Part shown: positions 45,427-55,826 of the stretch, in pieces
How the letters are laid out: the number at the start of each line of letters is the position of its first letter
Position numbering within the stretch: position 1 is the stretch's first letter
NCBI GenBank assembly: GCA_963769425.1
Contig: CAVYLP010000006.1
Coordinates: 768,001 to 832,000 of the forward strand
Origin: Candidatus Bathyarchaeota archaeon
GTDB lineage: Archaea; Thermoproteota; Bathyarchaeia; TCS64
Length of the DNA stretch: 64,000 nt
Direction: 5' to 3'
Position numbers and translations under genes: made by a program
The notes under the pieces: generated by a model
Seen by the model: the letters and a program-made list of their open reading frames with translations, nothing else
The model's database searches: none
Told to the model about the DNA's origin: nothing

Positions 45427-46587
45427 ATGAAGATACTCGAAGACATTAAGGTCCTAGACTTCACACACGTCTGGTTCGGACCCTACTGCACCATGATGCT
45501 CGCCGGCCTCGGCGCCGACGTCATCACCGTCGAACCCCCATGGGGCAACATCGGCCGCCTCGGCCCTGGAGAACTCTACAAGGGCACAAGCACCAGCTTC
45601 ATGGCCGTCAACTGCGGCAAGAAGGGCATCGCCATCGACATGAAGAAGCCCGAGGGCATCGCTCTCGTCAAGGAGCTAGTGAAGGAGTCCGACGTAGTCA
45701 TCCAGAACTTCGCCCCAGGCGCCATGGAGCGCCTTGGACTCGGCTACGAGGAACTAAAGAAGATAAAACCCGACATAATCTACGCCGCCCTAAGTGGCTT
45801 CGGCCAGTATGGCCCATATAGCAAGTACGGGAGCTACGCCGTCGTCGCGGAGGCGATGAGTGGCCACACATATGCCACAGGCAAAGGCATCAGTGAGGAC
45901 CACGAGCCCGTCCAAATGGCCGGCGCCCTAGGCGACATCGGCCCCGGAGTCTTCGCCGCCTTCAGCATCGTAGCAGCCATCCGCCACCGCGACAAGACCG
46001 GCAAAGGCCAGATGATCGACGTCAACCAGGTCGACACTATGGTCAGCTACAACTGCTGCGAGATAGTAGCATACGACCTCTTCAAGGAGAGTCCAATAGA
46101 GAGGCGGAAGAAGCGCGCCCGCCCCCCCAGCGAGCTCTGGGGCATCGTCGCGGTCAAGGATGGCTGGGTCCAGATAGCAGGCAGCCGCCCCAAAGCCGTC
46201 GAGGAGATGAAAGCAAAGCTTGGCGTCGAGGAAGTCACCCTCGACTTCGTCAAGGAGAAGCTCTCCACAATGACGAGGAAGGAGGCCTTCGAGTGGCTCG
46301 TCAGCTTCGACGTGCCCAGCGCCCCAATCTACGAGGCCTATGAGGGATTCGACGACCCCCACCTCCAGGCGCGGAAGACCTTCGTCGAGGTCCCCCACCC
46401 AATCGCCGGCAGCTATAGGATACCCAAGTTCCCCGCCGAGTTCAGCGAGACACCCGGCGAGATAAAGACAGGCGCCATAGTCCTCGGCCAACACACAGAA
46501 GAGGTCCTCAAGACGGTGCTGAAGAAGACGCCGAAGGAGATCGAGGAACTCGAGCAGAACGGCGTCGTCACGATCTGGAGGCCGTGA
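45427..46587 (+). CDS. CaiB/BaiF class III CoA transferase
   Basis: LDFT...GPY....LGADVI.VE, N.GK, NF.PG.MERLG, SGFG..GPY, GD, LGQHT. Confidence 0.93.
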   Translation: MKILEDIKVLDFTHVWFGPYCTMMLAGLGADVITVEPPWGNIGRLGPGELYKGTSTSFMAVNCGKKGIAIDMKKPEGIALVKELVKESDVVIQNFAPGAMERLGLGYEELKKIKPDIIYAALSGFGQYGPYSKYGSYAVVAEAMSGHTYATGKGISEDHEPVQMAGALGDIGPGVFAAFSIVAAIRHRDKTGKGQMIDVNQVDTMVSYNCCEIVAYDLFKESPIERRKKRARPPSELWGIVAVKDGWVQIAGSRPKAVEEMKAKLGVEEVTLDFVKEKLSTMTRKEAFEWLVSFDVPSAPIYEAYEGFDDPHLQARKTFVEVPHPIAGSYRIPKFPAEFSETPGEIKTGAIVLGQHTEEVLKTVLKKTPKEIEELEQNGVVTIWRP

Positions 46588-46611
46588 GGCCCCAATCATT
46601 TTAAAAAACTC

Positions 46612-47040
46612 TTACCTCATTGGAAAGGACCATCGAAGGATGTCCTTCACCGACTTGTCCACGTAGTCACCGCACCGCTGGGCGATGTCCCGCGTCGTTA
46701 TGACGCCGTAGATGATGCCGCCCTTCACGACGGCGAGGCGGCGCACGTTCTGCTTCGCCATCATCTCGGATGCCTTGATCAGGTCCTCGTCGGGGTCGAC
46801 GGTCACGAGCGGAGTGGACATGACGTCCGCTACCATCGTCTTGTCGAGGTCCTTGCTGACGGCAACGACCTTCGCAACGATGTCCCGGGATGCGACCATC
46901 CCCTTCGGCGTCCCCTTGTCGGTCACTATGATGTAGGCGTGCTCCCCCTCAGCTATCATCTTCGCGGCCTCGCGCACCGAACGGCCGACGTCGATGGTCA
47001 TGAAGGTCTTGTCCATGTAGTCCTTTACCTTGTATGACGT
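46612..47040 (-). CDS. CBS-domain pair protein
   Basis: Two CBS motifs; frame opens at ACG 47040 (x-SYKVKDYM), first ATG at 47016. Confidence 0.88.
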   Translation of the reverse strand, partial: TSYKVKDYMDKTFMTIDVGRSVREAAKMIAEGEHAYIIVTDKGTPKGMVASRDIVAKVVAVSKDLDKTMVADVMSTPLVTVDPDEDLIKASEMMAKQNVRRLAVVKGGIIYGVITTRDIAQRCGDYVDKSVKDILRWSFPMR

Positions 47041-47085
47041 TTTACATCACTCAGGTCAACGGCGGGGAAGGGGGGTTTATACACG

Positions 47086-47957
47086 TTACCACCCGGCGCC
47101 TAGTAAGTATATGGTATCGGTCTTCTTCCCAACGATGCCCATGAAGGCATCCCGGTACCTCTCCGGAGCCGCCAAGCTGTGCATGTATGGCAGTCGTACT
47201 CTACCTTCAATCTCCTCGACACTCGGAACCACCTTTCGGGATGTATTTTCAAGCCGAGTTCGTTCCTCAGCGCATCGAAGACGGCCGGGTTTGACAGGGC
47301 TGACCTGCCAATCATGACGCCCACAACGCCCATGTCCTGGAGGAGCCTCACCTTCTCGGCGGAGTCGATCCCCCCGTTCGCGATTACGGGATGCCGCGAG
47401 CCGCCTCGACGCACTCGGGGAAGACCGAGTAGTCGTCCGCCTCACCCGACTCCTGCGAGGCGGTCTTCGCGTGGACGACGAAGAAGTCCGCGTCGACGCC
47501 GCGGAGGCTGTTCAGGTAGACCTTCTGCGACTTCTCGTAGGCATTCGTGCCGAGCCGTATCTTTAGGGACGCCTTGTAGCCGTGTCCGTGTATGATAGAG
47601 ACGAGCCTCCCCGTCTTCGCGGCTCTCTTGATCATCGCCGCCCCCTTCCCCCGTCGTATGACCTCGGGGCTCGGGCAACTCAGGTTGAGGTTGAAGCCAT
47701 CGAACCCGGGGAAAGGCTCGAAGCCGCTGCAAGAAGGCCTCAAGGTGCTCCTCCTTGCCAGTGAGCAGCTGTATCTGCACCGGCGTCGAGTCGCGGACCG
47801 CTATCTTCTCCAGCGCCTGCCTGTTCCCCCTGAGGAAGCTCTCGACGTGTGCCATCTCTGTGAAGGTGAGGTCGGCCCCGTGGCGGTGGCATAGCGTCCT
47901 CAGGACCCCATCCGAGTAACCCTCGAGCGGCGCGAGCATGAAGCGGAACAAGGCCAA
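47086..47957 (-). CDS. tRNA-dihydrouridine synthase family protein (frameshifted)
   Basis: LAPLEG, NLNLSCP, GAAM, KIRLG, VH, ANGGI, MIGR. Confidence 0.85.
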
Positions 47958-48005
47958 CGAATAGAATCGGCAGCCCGGGATATATGAGTGAAACGCGGCA
48001 GTGCG

Positions 48006-48576
48006 TCACTTGGAGACGAATCTGTTTCCCGGGACGTAGAACCTGAGCTCCTCGGGTAGGTCCTTCGTCACCCCGATCCTGTGGCTCGTGCAGTAGTCGG
48101 CGACGCAGGGGGCGTCGAGTATGTGGACGGGGCTGTCCGGGTCGGTGACGGGGTAGCCGTTCAGCTCCCTGGTCACCCCGAGGGCGAGTGTGAGCTTCCC
48201 GGGTCCGTTCGCCAGCTCCCTGTCGTCCTCCACTGGGCGGAGCCTCCTCATCGTCTTCAAGCCGTCAAGCTGGCTCTATTGCCCTGAACAGGACGCCTCC
48301 CACCTCGTCCACTCGGTGAGCAATCACGTTAAGCATCCAGTACTTGTGGACGTTATAGATGAAGAGGCGCCCCGGCGGGTTCCACATCGGGGAGTTGTAG
48401 TTCTTCCTCCCGTGGAAGGCGCGGCTAGCCGGGTCGGCGAGCCCGTGGTACGCCTCCGTCTCGACCACCACGCCACCGAGCCTTTCACCGTCAAGGACTC
48501 TGATCAGCTTCTTCCCAAGGAGGTCCCGCGCCACGTCCTCTGGGCTCCTCTCGTAGAACTCCAGCTGGGAGAACAT
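48006..48576 (-). CDS. DNA-3-methyladenine glycosylase (MPG/AAG family; frameshift near 48265)
   Basis: VARDLLGK, VETEAY, D.AS, NGPGKL..ALG, RIG. Confidence 0.9.
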
Positions 48577-48715
48577 TCTGATCTAGACGCCAATTCATTC
48601 GACTCCTAAGAGGTTATTTTAGCGGCGCAATATAGAATGATACCCAACATGCCGAGCCGGATCACAAAACAACTTCCTCTTCGGGGAAGACCCTAAGAGG
48701 CGCTCCGAGCAGCTA

Positions 48716-49519
48716 ATGGGGGAGACGCAGGGCGTGGACTCATCAAGCTGGCTTGTCATCCTCCGCGAGGCCGCGGACGCAATATGCTTCAGCCATCGCG
48801 GAGGTGCAGCCGAAGGGTGTAGGGCTTGAAACTCGGGACTATAAACACATGCTCGACGAGGCGGCCCAGAACGCGCTAGTAGACGCCCTAAGCAGTCGAG
48901 GCGTCTCCGCCCAACTCATCAGCGAGGAGGGAAATGTCCTCGTGGGGGGCGGGGGACCAACCGTCATTGCCGACCCCATCGACGGCACGACGAACCTCGC
49001 GAGGGGCCTACGCCACGCGGTGACGTGCCTCTCGTCTCGGAGAACGGCCTCGAATCCGGAACCCTCGCCGCAGTGGTCAGGGATGTCTACACTGGGGACA
49101 TCTACGCCGCCGAGCCCGGCGAGAGGGCAACACTAAACGGCTACCCGATACGGGTCGCAGCGCCGAGGCAGGCGAGGTCAGCCCTCGTCTCGATGGATAT
49201 AAGCAAGACTCCGAAGCTGGATCGCGTCACCCCCCTCCTCAACGCCTGCAGGTACATCAGGATGTTCGGAAGCTCCGCCTCCGAGCTCACACTGATAGCC
49301 TCGGGGGGATTCGACGCCCACGTGGACATACGCGGTACGGTACGGGCCACGGACGTGGCCGCTGCCCTCACGATACTGAAGGAGGCAGGTGGTGTTTATG
49401 CCGTTCAGAGTACCATCGGCGGAGACTTCACACTGACAAAGGAGACGACGATGGAACTCGTTGCTGCGTCCAACATGCCGCTCCTAGACGAGCTCCTCGC
49501 CCTCACGAAGTGTCCCTGA
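48716..49519 (+). CDS. Inositol monophosphatase/FBPase family protein (frameshifted)
   Basis: SEE, DPIDGTTN, R..GS, D.AAA..I..EAGG. Confidence 0.85.
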
Positions 49520-50201
49520 TGCTGTTCGGATCCCTAATTCGCGCGACGTTAAGGGCCCGCTCAAACAGGTTTGTGGGCCTCGCCGAGGTCAATGGGCGTG
49601 GAAGAGTGCTTCATAGCGAACCCGGGGAGGATGAGAGAGCTTCTGGTTCCAGGGGCCAGCGTCTACCTCAGGAGATGTGAGTTTCATCTGAGGAGGACGT
49701 GCTGGGACCTCACCCTCGTCGACCATGGTCATTTCCTCGTCTCTGTCGACTCAAGGGTCCCCAACGACGTTGTCGAGGAATCAATCGAGGCGGGCATCGT
49801 CCGAGAGTTCCACGGCTATCGGGTCGACCGACGCGAGCCTGGCTTTGGGGACTCGCGCCTCGACTTCCAACTCACCAAGGGCTCCTCACACGCATTGGTC
49901 GAGGTGAAGTTGTGCACTCTCTTCGTCGACGGAGTGGCCCTGTTCCCTGATGCCCCAACCAAGCGCGGGGCGCGCCATCTACGGGCCCTCGGTGAGCCCC
50001 TGCGCCTCGGGAGGAGCGCCATCGTCTTCTTCATTAAACGCAGCGACGCCTACTCCCTCAGCCCGAATGAAACCACCGATCCCGCCTTCGCGGAGGCTCT
50101 TCGTGGCGCCCTCCTTAAAGGCGTGGAAGTGGTACGAATACGACTCCAAGGTGACCCTAGAGGGCATCAGTATTAACAAACGCGTGCCGGTCGACATTTA
50201 A
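49519..50201 (+). CDS. sfsA: SfsA DNA/RNA nuclease (frameshifted)
   Basis: R.NRF, NPGRM.ELL.PG, SRLDF, VEVK, FPDAPT.RG.RHL, DP.FA..L. Confidence 0.88.
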
Positions 50202-50357
50202 CCGCAAATTCAAATTAACACAATTAAGGTAAAACTGGATCAGAAAATAACGGATAATTGAAGTATACTAGTTAAAAAACGGCTTTTTCCACTAATGTGC
50301 CCATAGGAACCGTTTTTAAGCTTCTCGACCACGTTATCAACCGTTAGAGGTCGCTCA

Positions 50358-50666
50358 ATGGGTAAGAAGAAGGTACTGAGCGAAAAGGACCTGCACGAGA
50401 TGGTCCTCCCCAGCAAGAACGACGTGCTAGGCGTCGTCCAGAAGATGCTGGGATTTGACAGGGTGATGGTGAAGTGCCAGGACGGGAACATACGAGTATG
50501 CCGCATAAGGGGCAAGATGAAGCGCCGCACCTGGATAAGGGAAGGAGACATAGTCCTAGTCAGCCCCTGGGACTTCCAGAGCGAGGAACGCGGCGAGATA
50601 TTCTGGCGCTACACCCAGAATCAGGTAGAGGAGCTAAGACAGAAAGGCATACTGAAAATAGAGTAG
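50358..50666 (+). CDS. eif1a: Translation initiation factor aIF-1A
   Basis: MLG..R..V.C.DG..R.CRI.GKMK.R.WI.EGD.V.V.PW.FQ. Confidence 0.96.
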   Translation: MGKKKVLSEKDLHEMVLPSKNDVLGVVQKMLGFDRVMVKCQDGNIRVCRIRGKMKRRTWIREGDIVLVSPWDFQSEERGEIFWRYTQNQVEELRQKGILKIE

Positions 50667-50678
50667 GCTGATACCCAC

Positions 50679-51473
50679 GTGCCAAGCCAGGACAAGATCG
50701 AGCGCAAGGCCGAGACGCTGCAGAGGAACTACGAAAAGAAAGACCTGATGTTGAACAAGAATCAGGAGGAGTTCAACGTCAGCGAGGCGGTCTTCGACCG
50801 GCCGACCCTGGAGGGCATTCTGAACCTAATCCAGCACAAGAGAATAGACAAGATCAAGGGCGTCCTCAAGGCCGGCAAGGAGGCCCACGTCTTCTGGGGG
50901 ACAGCCGTCGACGGGAAGGAGATCGCCATCAAGATCTACTACACGACGACGTCCGAGTTCCGCAAGGGAATGATGAAGTACATAGAGGGGGACCCCCGCT
51001 TCAAGCACATCCGCTCAGACAACAAGAGCCTCGTCTACGCTTGGGCGCAGAAGGAGTACAGCAACCTCCAGCTAGCCCAGCAGGGCGGCGTAAACTCCCC
51101 CCGCCCCATCGCCTTCCTCAAGAACATACTCGTAATGACGTTTATAGGGATCGACGGCGTACCCGCTCCACTGTTGAGGGAGCTGCCGCTGGACGATCCG
51201 ATCGACTTCTACGACAGACTCACAGACGAGATGAGGGCCCTCTACCAGAAGGCGGGGCTCGTCCACGGCGACCTAAGCGAGTACAACATCATGGTCTGGG
51301 AGAAGAAGCCAGTCATATTCGACCTGAGCCAGGCGATGCTCATCAACCATCCTCTGGCACCCAGCCTCCTCCAGCACGACGTGGAGACCGTGAACGCATA
51401 CTTCACGAGGCTAGGAGTCCAGGTGTACGATAACAAAGAACTATTGGAGTGGGTGAAAAGTGGAGAAGCGTAA
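50679..51473 (+). CDS. rio1: Rio1 serine kinase
   Basis: GKEA.V, AIKIY, WA.KE..NL, VHGDLSEYN, FD.SQA. Confidence 0.95.
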   Translation: MPSQDKIERKAETLQRNYEKKDLMLNKNQEEFNVSEAVFDRPTLEGILNLIQHKRIDKIKGVLKAGKEAHVFWGTAVDGKEIAIKIYYTTTSEFRKGMMKYIEGDPRFKHIRSDNKSLVYAWAQKEYSNLQLAQQGGVNSPRPIAFLKNILVMTFIGIDGVPAPLLRELPLDDPIDFYDRLTDEMRALYQKAGLVHGDLSEYNIMVWEKKPVIFDLSQAMLINHPLAPSLLQHDVETVNAYFTRLGVQVYDNKELLEWVKSGEA

Positions 51474-52050
51474 CTACATCAGAATACCACACGACAGGGT
51501 CGGCGTCCTGATCGGCCCTGAGGGTAAAGTCAAGGCCCGTATAGAGAAGACGTTCAAGGTCAACCTCGTCATAGAGAGCGACTCGGGGAACGTCGAGGTC
51601 GTCCTCAACAAGGATCAGCCAGACGTCTCCATAATCTTCACCGTCGCTAACATAGTCAAAGCTATCGGGAGGGGATTCAGCCCCGAACGCGCTATGCTCC
51701 TCAGCAACGAGGACTTCGACCTATCCATAGTCGACCTCGAGGAGCATGTAGGTCCCACCCACAGCGCTCAGGAGAGGGTTAAGGGCCGCATAATCGGCAA
51801 GGAGGGGAAGAGCAGGGCCCTCATCGAGGAGCTCACCGAGTGCCAGATGAGCGTCTACGGCAGTACAGTCGCCCTCATAGGCAACATCGAGTCCCTCCCG
51901 GCGGCCACCGAGGCAGTGATGATGCTCATCCGAGGCAAGTTCCACAAGACGGTCTACAACTACCTCTTCGCCTACCGCCGCCAGCTCAAGAAGGACCGCG
52001 GCGAGATCTGGTATGACCAACCTCCGCCGACGTCCGAGAGGAAGGGATAA
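51460..52050 (+). CDS. KH-domain RNA-processing protein (Pno1/Dim2-like)
   Basis: RVGVLIG..G, AIGRGF, KGRIIG..G; conserved position after rio1. Confidence 0.92.
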   Translation: MEKRNYIRIPHDRVGVLIGPEGKVKARIEKTFKVNLVIESDSGNVEVVLNKDQPDVSIIFTVANIVKAIGRGFSPERAMLLSNEDFDLSIVDLEEHVGPTHSAQERVKGRIIGKEGKSRALIEELTECQMSVYGSTVALIGNIESLPAATEAVMMLIRGKFHKTVYNYLFAYRRQLKKDRGEIWYDQPPPTSERKG

Positions 52051-52051
52051 C

Positions 52052-53744
52052 ATGGTACAGTCACAGGAGACGGAGTACCAGGCAGTCAGCCCTAGCGACT
52101 TCTTCTACCGCAACAGGGAGATCGCGGGATTCAGCAACCCCAGCCGCGCCATCTACGTCGGCGTCAGGGAGCTCCTCGAGAACAGCCTAGACGCCTGCGA
52201 ATCCGCCCAGATCCCGCCCGACATCTACCTACGCATAACCGAGCTCAGCTGCCAGCAGCGGCGAGAACGGGACAGCCGTCTACCTCCTCAGGATACAGGA
52301 CAACGGCACCGGCGTCCCCGCGGAGGAGATACCCGCCTGCTTCGCCCAAGTCTTCTACGGCTCCAAGTACACCCTCAAGCAGAACCGCGGCACCTTCGGC
52401 ATGGGCGGCAAGATGACCATCCTCTACGGGCAGATTACCACCCACAAGCCCGTCGTCGTCACATCGAGCACCGGGGACGAGATCCACGAGTACGAGATGA
52501 TGATGGACATCCAGAAGAACCAGCCACAGGTCCTCAGGCACACGACCCTCGCAAACGAGAAGGGGTGGAGAGGTACCATCGTCGAGCTCCAGATCGAGGG
52601 CGACTATCCCCGAATCATGAGTCGCATGATCGAGTACATCCGCCAGACCGCCATGGTCAACCCCTACGCCGACATCACCTTCATTGACCCAAAGAACAGG
52701 CTCTACCGATTCGAGAGGGGCACTACGCAGATGCCCCCAGTCCCCCAGAGGGTCAAGCCCCACCCGCACGGTATAGACGTGGAGACATTACGCAGGATGC
52801 TCCTCGTCACAAGGTCCCGGGACATGAAAAACTTCTGGATCGATCACTTCCAGGGAGTAGGCCCCAAGACGGCGGAGAAGTACCTCGCCTTCGCCGGGAT
52901 AAAGACGGAGACGAAGCCCGCTAGCCTCTCGTCCGACGACATAGTCAAGCTCGTGCGCGCTGCGAAGGAGTTCCAGGAGTTCTACCGACCCGACGCGAGC
53001 TGCCTAAGCCCCATCGGTCCAGACCTCCTAGAGACCGGCATCAGAAAGGAGCTAAACCTCACAGAGGCCGACTTCATTAAGACGGTGCAGCGGCCCCCGG
53101 CAACGTACAGCGGCTACCCTTTCATCGTGGAGGCAGCCGTAGTCGCCGGGCCTACGGTCCGAAAGATAGGCAACGGCATCACCCTCTACAGGTTCGCCAA
53201 TCGCATCCCCTTGCTCTTCGACGAGTCGAGCTGCGTCACCTACAAGGTCATCTCGAAGGACATCAACTGGAAGACCTACAACGTCCAGCAGGACACGCCC
53301 CTCGTCGTGGCGATCCACCTCTGCTCGACCAAGATCCCCTACAAGAGCGTTGGTAAGGAGTTCCTCGCCGACCAGATCGAGGTCGAGAAGGAGATCACGA
53401 ACGCCGTCAGGGAGGCGGCGCGCGACCTGCGCATATTCATCAGCCGCAGCGTGAAGATGGAGAGGCAGAAGCACCGCCTCAACATATTCGGCAAGTACCT
53501 CCCAAAGATAGCGGAGTTCGCTATGAAGCTCGGCGACAAGAGCGAGCCACTCGACGTTCAGAGGCTCCTCAATGAGATCCTCGTCGTGAACCAGAAGGAG
53601 GAGGATGAGGAGAACGGCATCGAGGAGATTGGCAACGGGGAGGAGAACGGCAATGGTGTGCTGCCCCCACCCGATGAGGAGACATCGGACGAGGAGCTGG
53701 AAGAGGAGCTGAAGGAGGAGAAACTCGATGGCGAAGCGAATTAG
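52052..53744 (+). CDS. top6B: DNA topoisomerase VI subunit B (frameshift near 52250)
   Basis: FFYRN...AGF, RELLENSLDA, DNG.G, GSK, RG.FGMG, PHPHG, RFANRIPL, STKIPY...GKE. Confidence 0.95.
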
Positions 53745-54825
53745 CGAGGCAGATAGGCAGCGCGAGGCCACCGACAAGGCCCTCAAGCAGCTCGGCACAC
53801 TCGTCTACGACCAGATCAACCAGGGCGAGTTCCCCTGGGTGATGATGCAGAGCCGGAGCATCGACAACATCCAGTACGACCCGCACGTGCGCCAGTACAT
53901 CCTCGGCGACCGCATGGTCAAGCGCCACAGCAGGAACATCAAACACATACGCCCATTCACGCAGCTCATCTGGACTGCCTGGTTCGCAAGAGAGCTCGTC
54001 ACACAGAGGAAGACGAGCACCCTCAGGGAAGCCTACTACTCAGCGAGGGGCCAGCGCGACATCGAGTACACGGACCAGCAGGAGTCGGACAGCATCATCA
54101 CCGACCTCGAGGTGTCGCTGAACAAGGCGAGGGAGGACTTCGGCATCTTCCCCGAGGAGCGTAGCGCCATATTCGGGGACATAACCATCGAGTACACGGT
54201 CCCCGGCTACGAGGGCAGGCGCACGAACCTGACCGACCACCCAGACGGCATCATGGTCGGGCCCGCCGTAACGAGCAGCGAGTTCATCGAGACAACGGCG
54301 AACAAGGTAATCGTCGTAGAGAAGGGCGCAATGTTCACCCGCCTCGTCGAGGAGCAGGCGCACAAGAAGTTCAACGCCATACTCATACACACAGCCGGGC
54401 AGGCGCCGCGCAGCACGAGGAGCATCATCCACCGCCTGAGTAAGGATTGGGGGATGCCCGTCTACATCTTCACCGACGGCGACCCATGGGGTGTACACAT
54501 CGCTCAAGTCATCTGCTCGGGCTCAGCCAACGCGGCTCACCTACGAGGTCTCACAACCCCTGATGCCAAGTGGATAGGCGTCTGGGCCAGCGACATCATC
54601 GACTACAAGCTCCCCACTGAGAACCTCACCGAGTTCGACAAGAAGAGGCTCATGGAGCTCCAGCAGGACCCCCGCTATAACGAGGACCCGTGGAAGAGTC
54701 AGATAGAGCTCTTCATAAAGATACAGAAGAAGGCGGAGCTTGAGGCCTTCAGCCGCTACGGCCTCACCTACATAGTCGACAAGTATCTCCCCGAGAAGAT
54801 CGGTGCCCACGCCCCCGATTCTTAA
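53728..54825 (+). CDS. top6A: DNA topoisomerase VI subunit A
   Basis: TLREAYY catalytic Tyr, Q.ESD, VEK, G.A.R.TR, D.DPWG, KAE.EA. Confidence 0.96.
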   Translation: MAKRISEADRQREATDKALKQLGTLVYDQINQGEFPWVMMQSRSIDNIQYDPHVRQYILGDRMVKRHSRNIKHIRPFTQLIWTAWFARELVTQRKTSTLREAYYSARGQRDIEYTDQQESDSIITDLEVSLNKAREDFGIFPEERSAIFGDITIEYTVPGYEGRRTNLTDHPDGIMVGPAVTSSEFIETTANKVIVVEKGAMFTRLVEEQAHKKFNAILIHTAGQAPRSTRSIIHRLSKDWGMPVYIFTDGDPWGVHIAQVICSGSANAAHLRGLTTPDAKWIGVWASDIIDYKLPTENLTEFDKKRLMELQQDPRYNEDPWKSQIELFIKIQKKAELEAFSRYGLTYIVDKYLPEKIGAHAPDS

Positions 54826-54858
54826 ATACGCCGTCGCGTGACTCCTTCTGGGGACAAT

Positions 54859-55053
54859 ATGTCTGGCAGATTCGGTGTCACATATTCGAGGGTGATCGTC
54901 GCCGCCTTCGGGATCGCACTGCTCGGCCTCGGGGCCACGTTGACCTACCTAGCCCTCACGGTCGAGGGGGCCGCGCCAACCATGTTCTTCACGCCCCTCG
55001 GATTCCTGGTGGCGATTCTCGGCGTCTTCCTGCTTATCTCAAAGGATGCTTAG
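54859..55053 (+). CDS. Small two-TM membrane protein
   Basis: 64-aa ORF with two hydrophobic helices filling the top6A-nucleotidyltransferase gap. Confidence 0.65.
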   Translation: MSGRFGVTYSRVIVAAFGIALLGLGATLTYLALTVEGAAPTMFFTPLGFLVAILGVFLLISKDA

Positions 55054-55055
55054 AG

Positions 55056-55808
55056 ATGTCGGTAAAGGGCGTGGTGCTGGCTGGCGGCGAGGGGACACGG
55101 TTCAGGCCCCTGACCTATTACTTCCAGAAGTGTATGATCCCCATCGGGGACGAGCAGAAACCCATCCTCGACTACATCCTTCGCCTCCTCAAGTACCACG
55201 GGATCACCAAGACGGTGCTACTCGTTGGGTACAAGCACCAGCAGATAGAGAACTACTTCGAGCACGGGGAGAGGTTTGGCGTCGAGATGACCTACGTCCT
55301 CGATGACCCGAACCTCAAGGGAAGCGCAAACGCTCTCCTCAACGCCTACAAGAAGGGCGCGATCAAGGACGAGGACACCCTTGTAGTCTACTACGGGGAT
55401 ATAATTAGCAACCTCGACATCCGGGCGATGATCAAGCACCACCAGAGCACAAATGCGGACGCCACGCTCGCGTTGGCTAAGCGCTACAACATCAGTGTAG
55501 GTAAGGCAGAGCTCGATGGGACCCGCATAACGAACTTCATAGAGAAGCCTGACCTCATGCAGCCAATCAGCATCGGGATACTCACCCTTAGCGGCTCAAT
55601 GCTCAAGGAGATGTCGAGGCTACAGCAACAGGGGCAATTCAAGAGCTTCGACCTCATGGGCGACGTCATAAGTTACCTCGTCCAGAGGGGACGCCGTGTC
55701 GAAGCTTACCTCACCGACGCATTCTGGTACGACGTCGGCAGCATAGAGAGGTATGAAAGGCTCAGTCCTGAGAAACTCAGCGAGGTAATGGGCTTCCTCC
55801 TGAAGTAG
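55056..55808 (+). CDS. Sugar-phosphate nucleotidyltransferase (NTP_transferase domain only)
   Basis: LAGGEGTRFRPLT...K, GD, F.EKP, W.DVG. Confidence 0.9.
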   Translation: MSVKGVVLAGGEGTRFRPLTYYFQKCMIPIGDEQKPILDYILRLLKYHGITKTVLLVGYKHQQIENYFEHGERFGVEMTYVLDDPNLKGSANALLNAYKKGAIKDEDTLVVYYGDIISNLDIRAMIKHHQSTNADATLALAKRYNISVGKAELDGTRITNFIEKPDLMQPISIGILTLSGSMLKEMSRLQQQGQFKSFDLMGDVISYLVQRGRRVEAYLTDAFWYDVGSIERYERLSPEKLSEVMGFLLK

Positions 55809-55826
55809 CTCAGTAATAAATGACAC

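Noticed and set aside
49519-50201. SfsA nuclease as part of a defence system
   Set aside because: Widespread stand-alone gene with no methyltransferase, Cas or other defence genes adjacent.
50358-54825. aIF-1A - rio1 - KH - top6B - top6A cluster as a novel system
   Set aside because: Known conserved archaeal gene neighbourhood.
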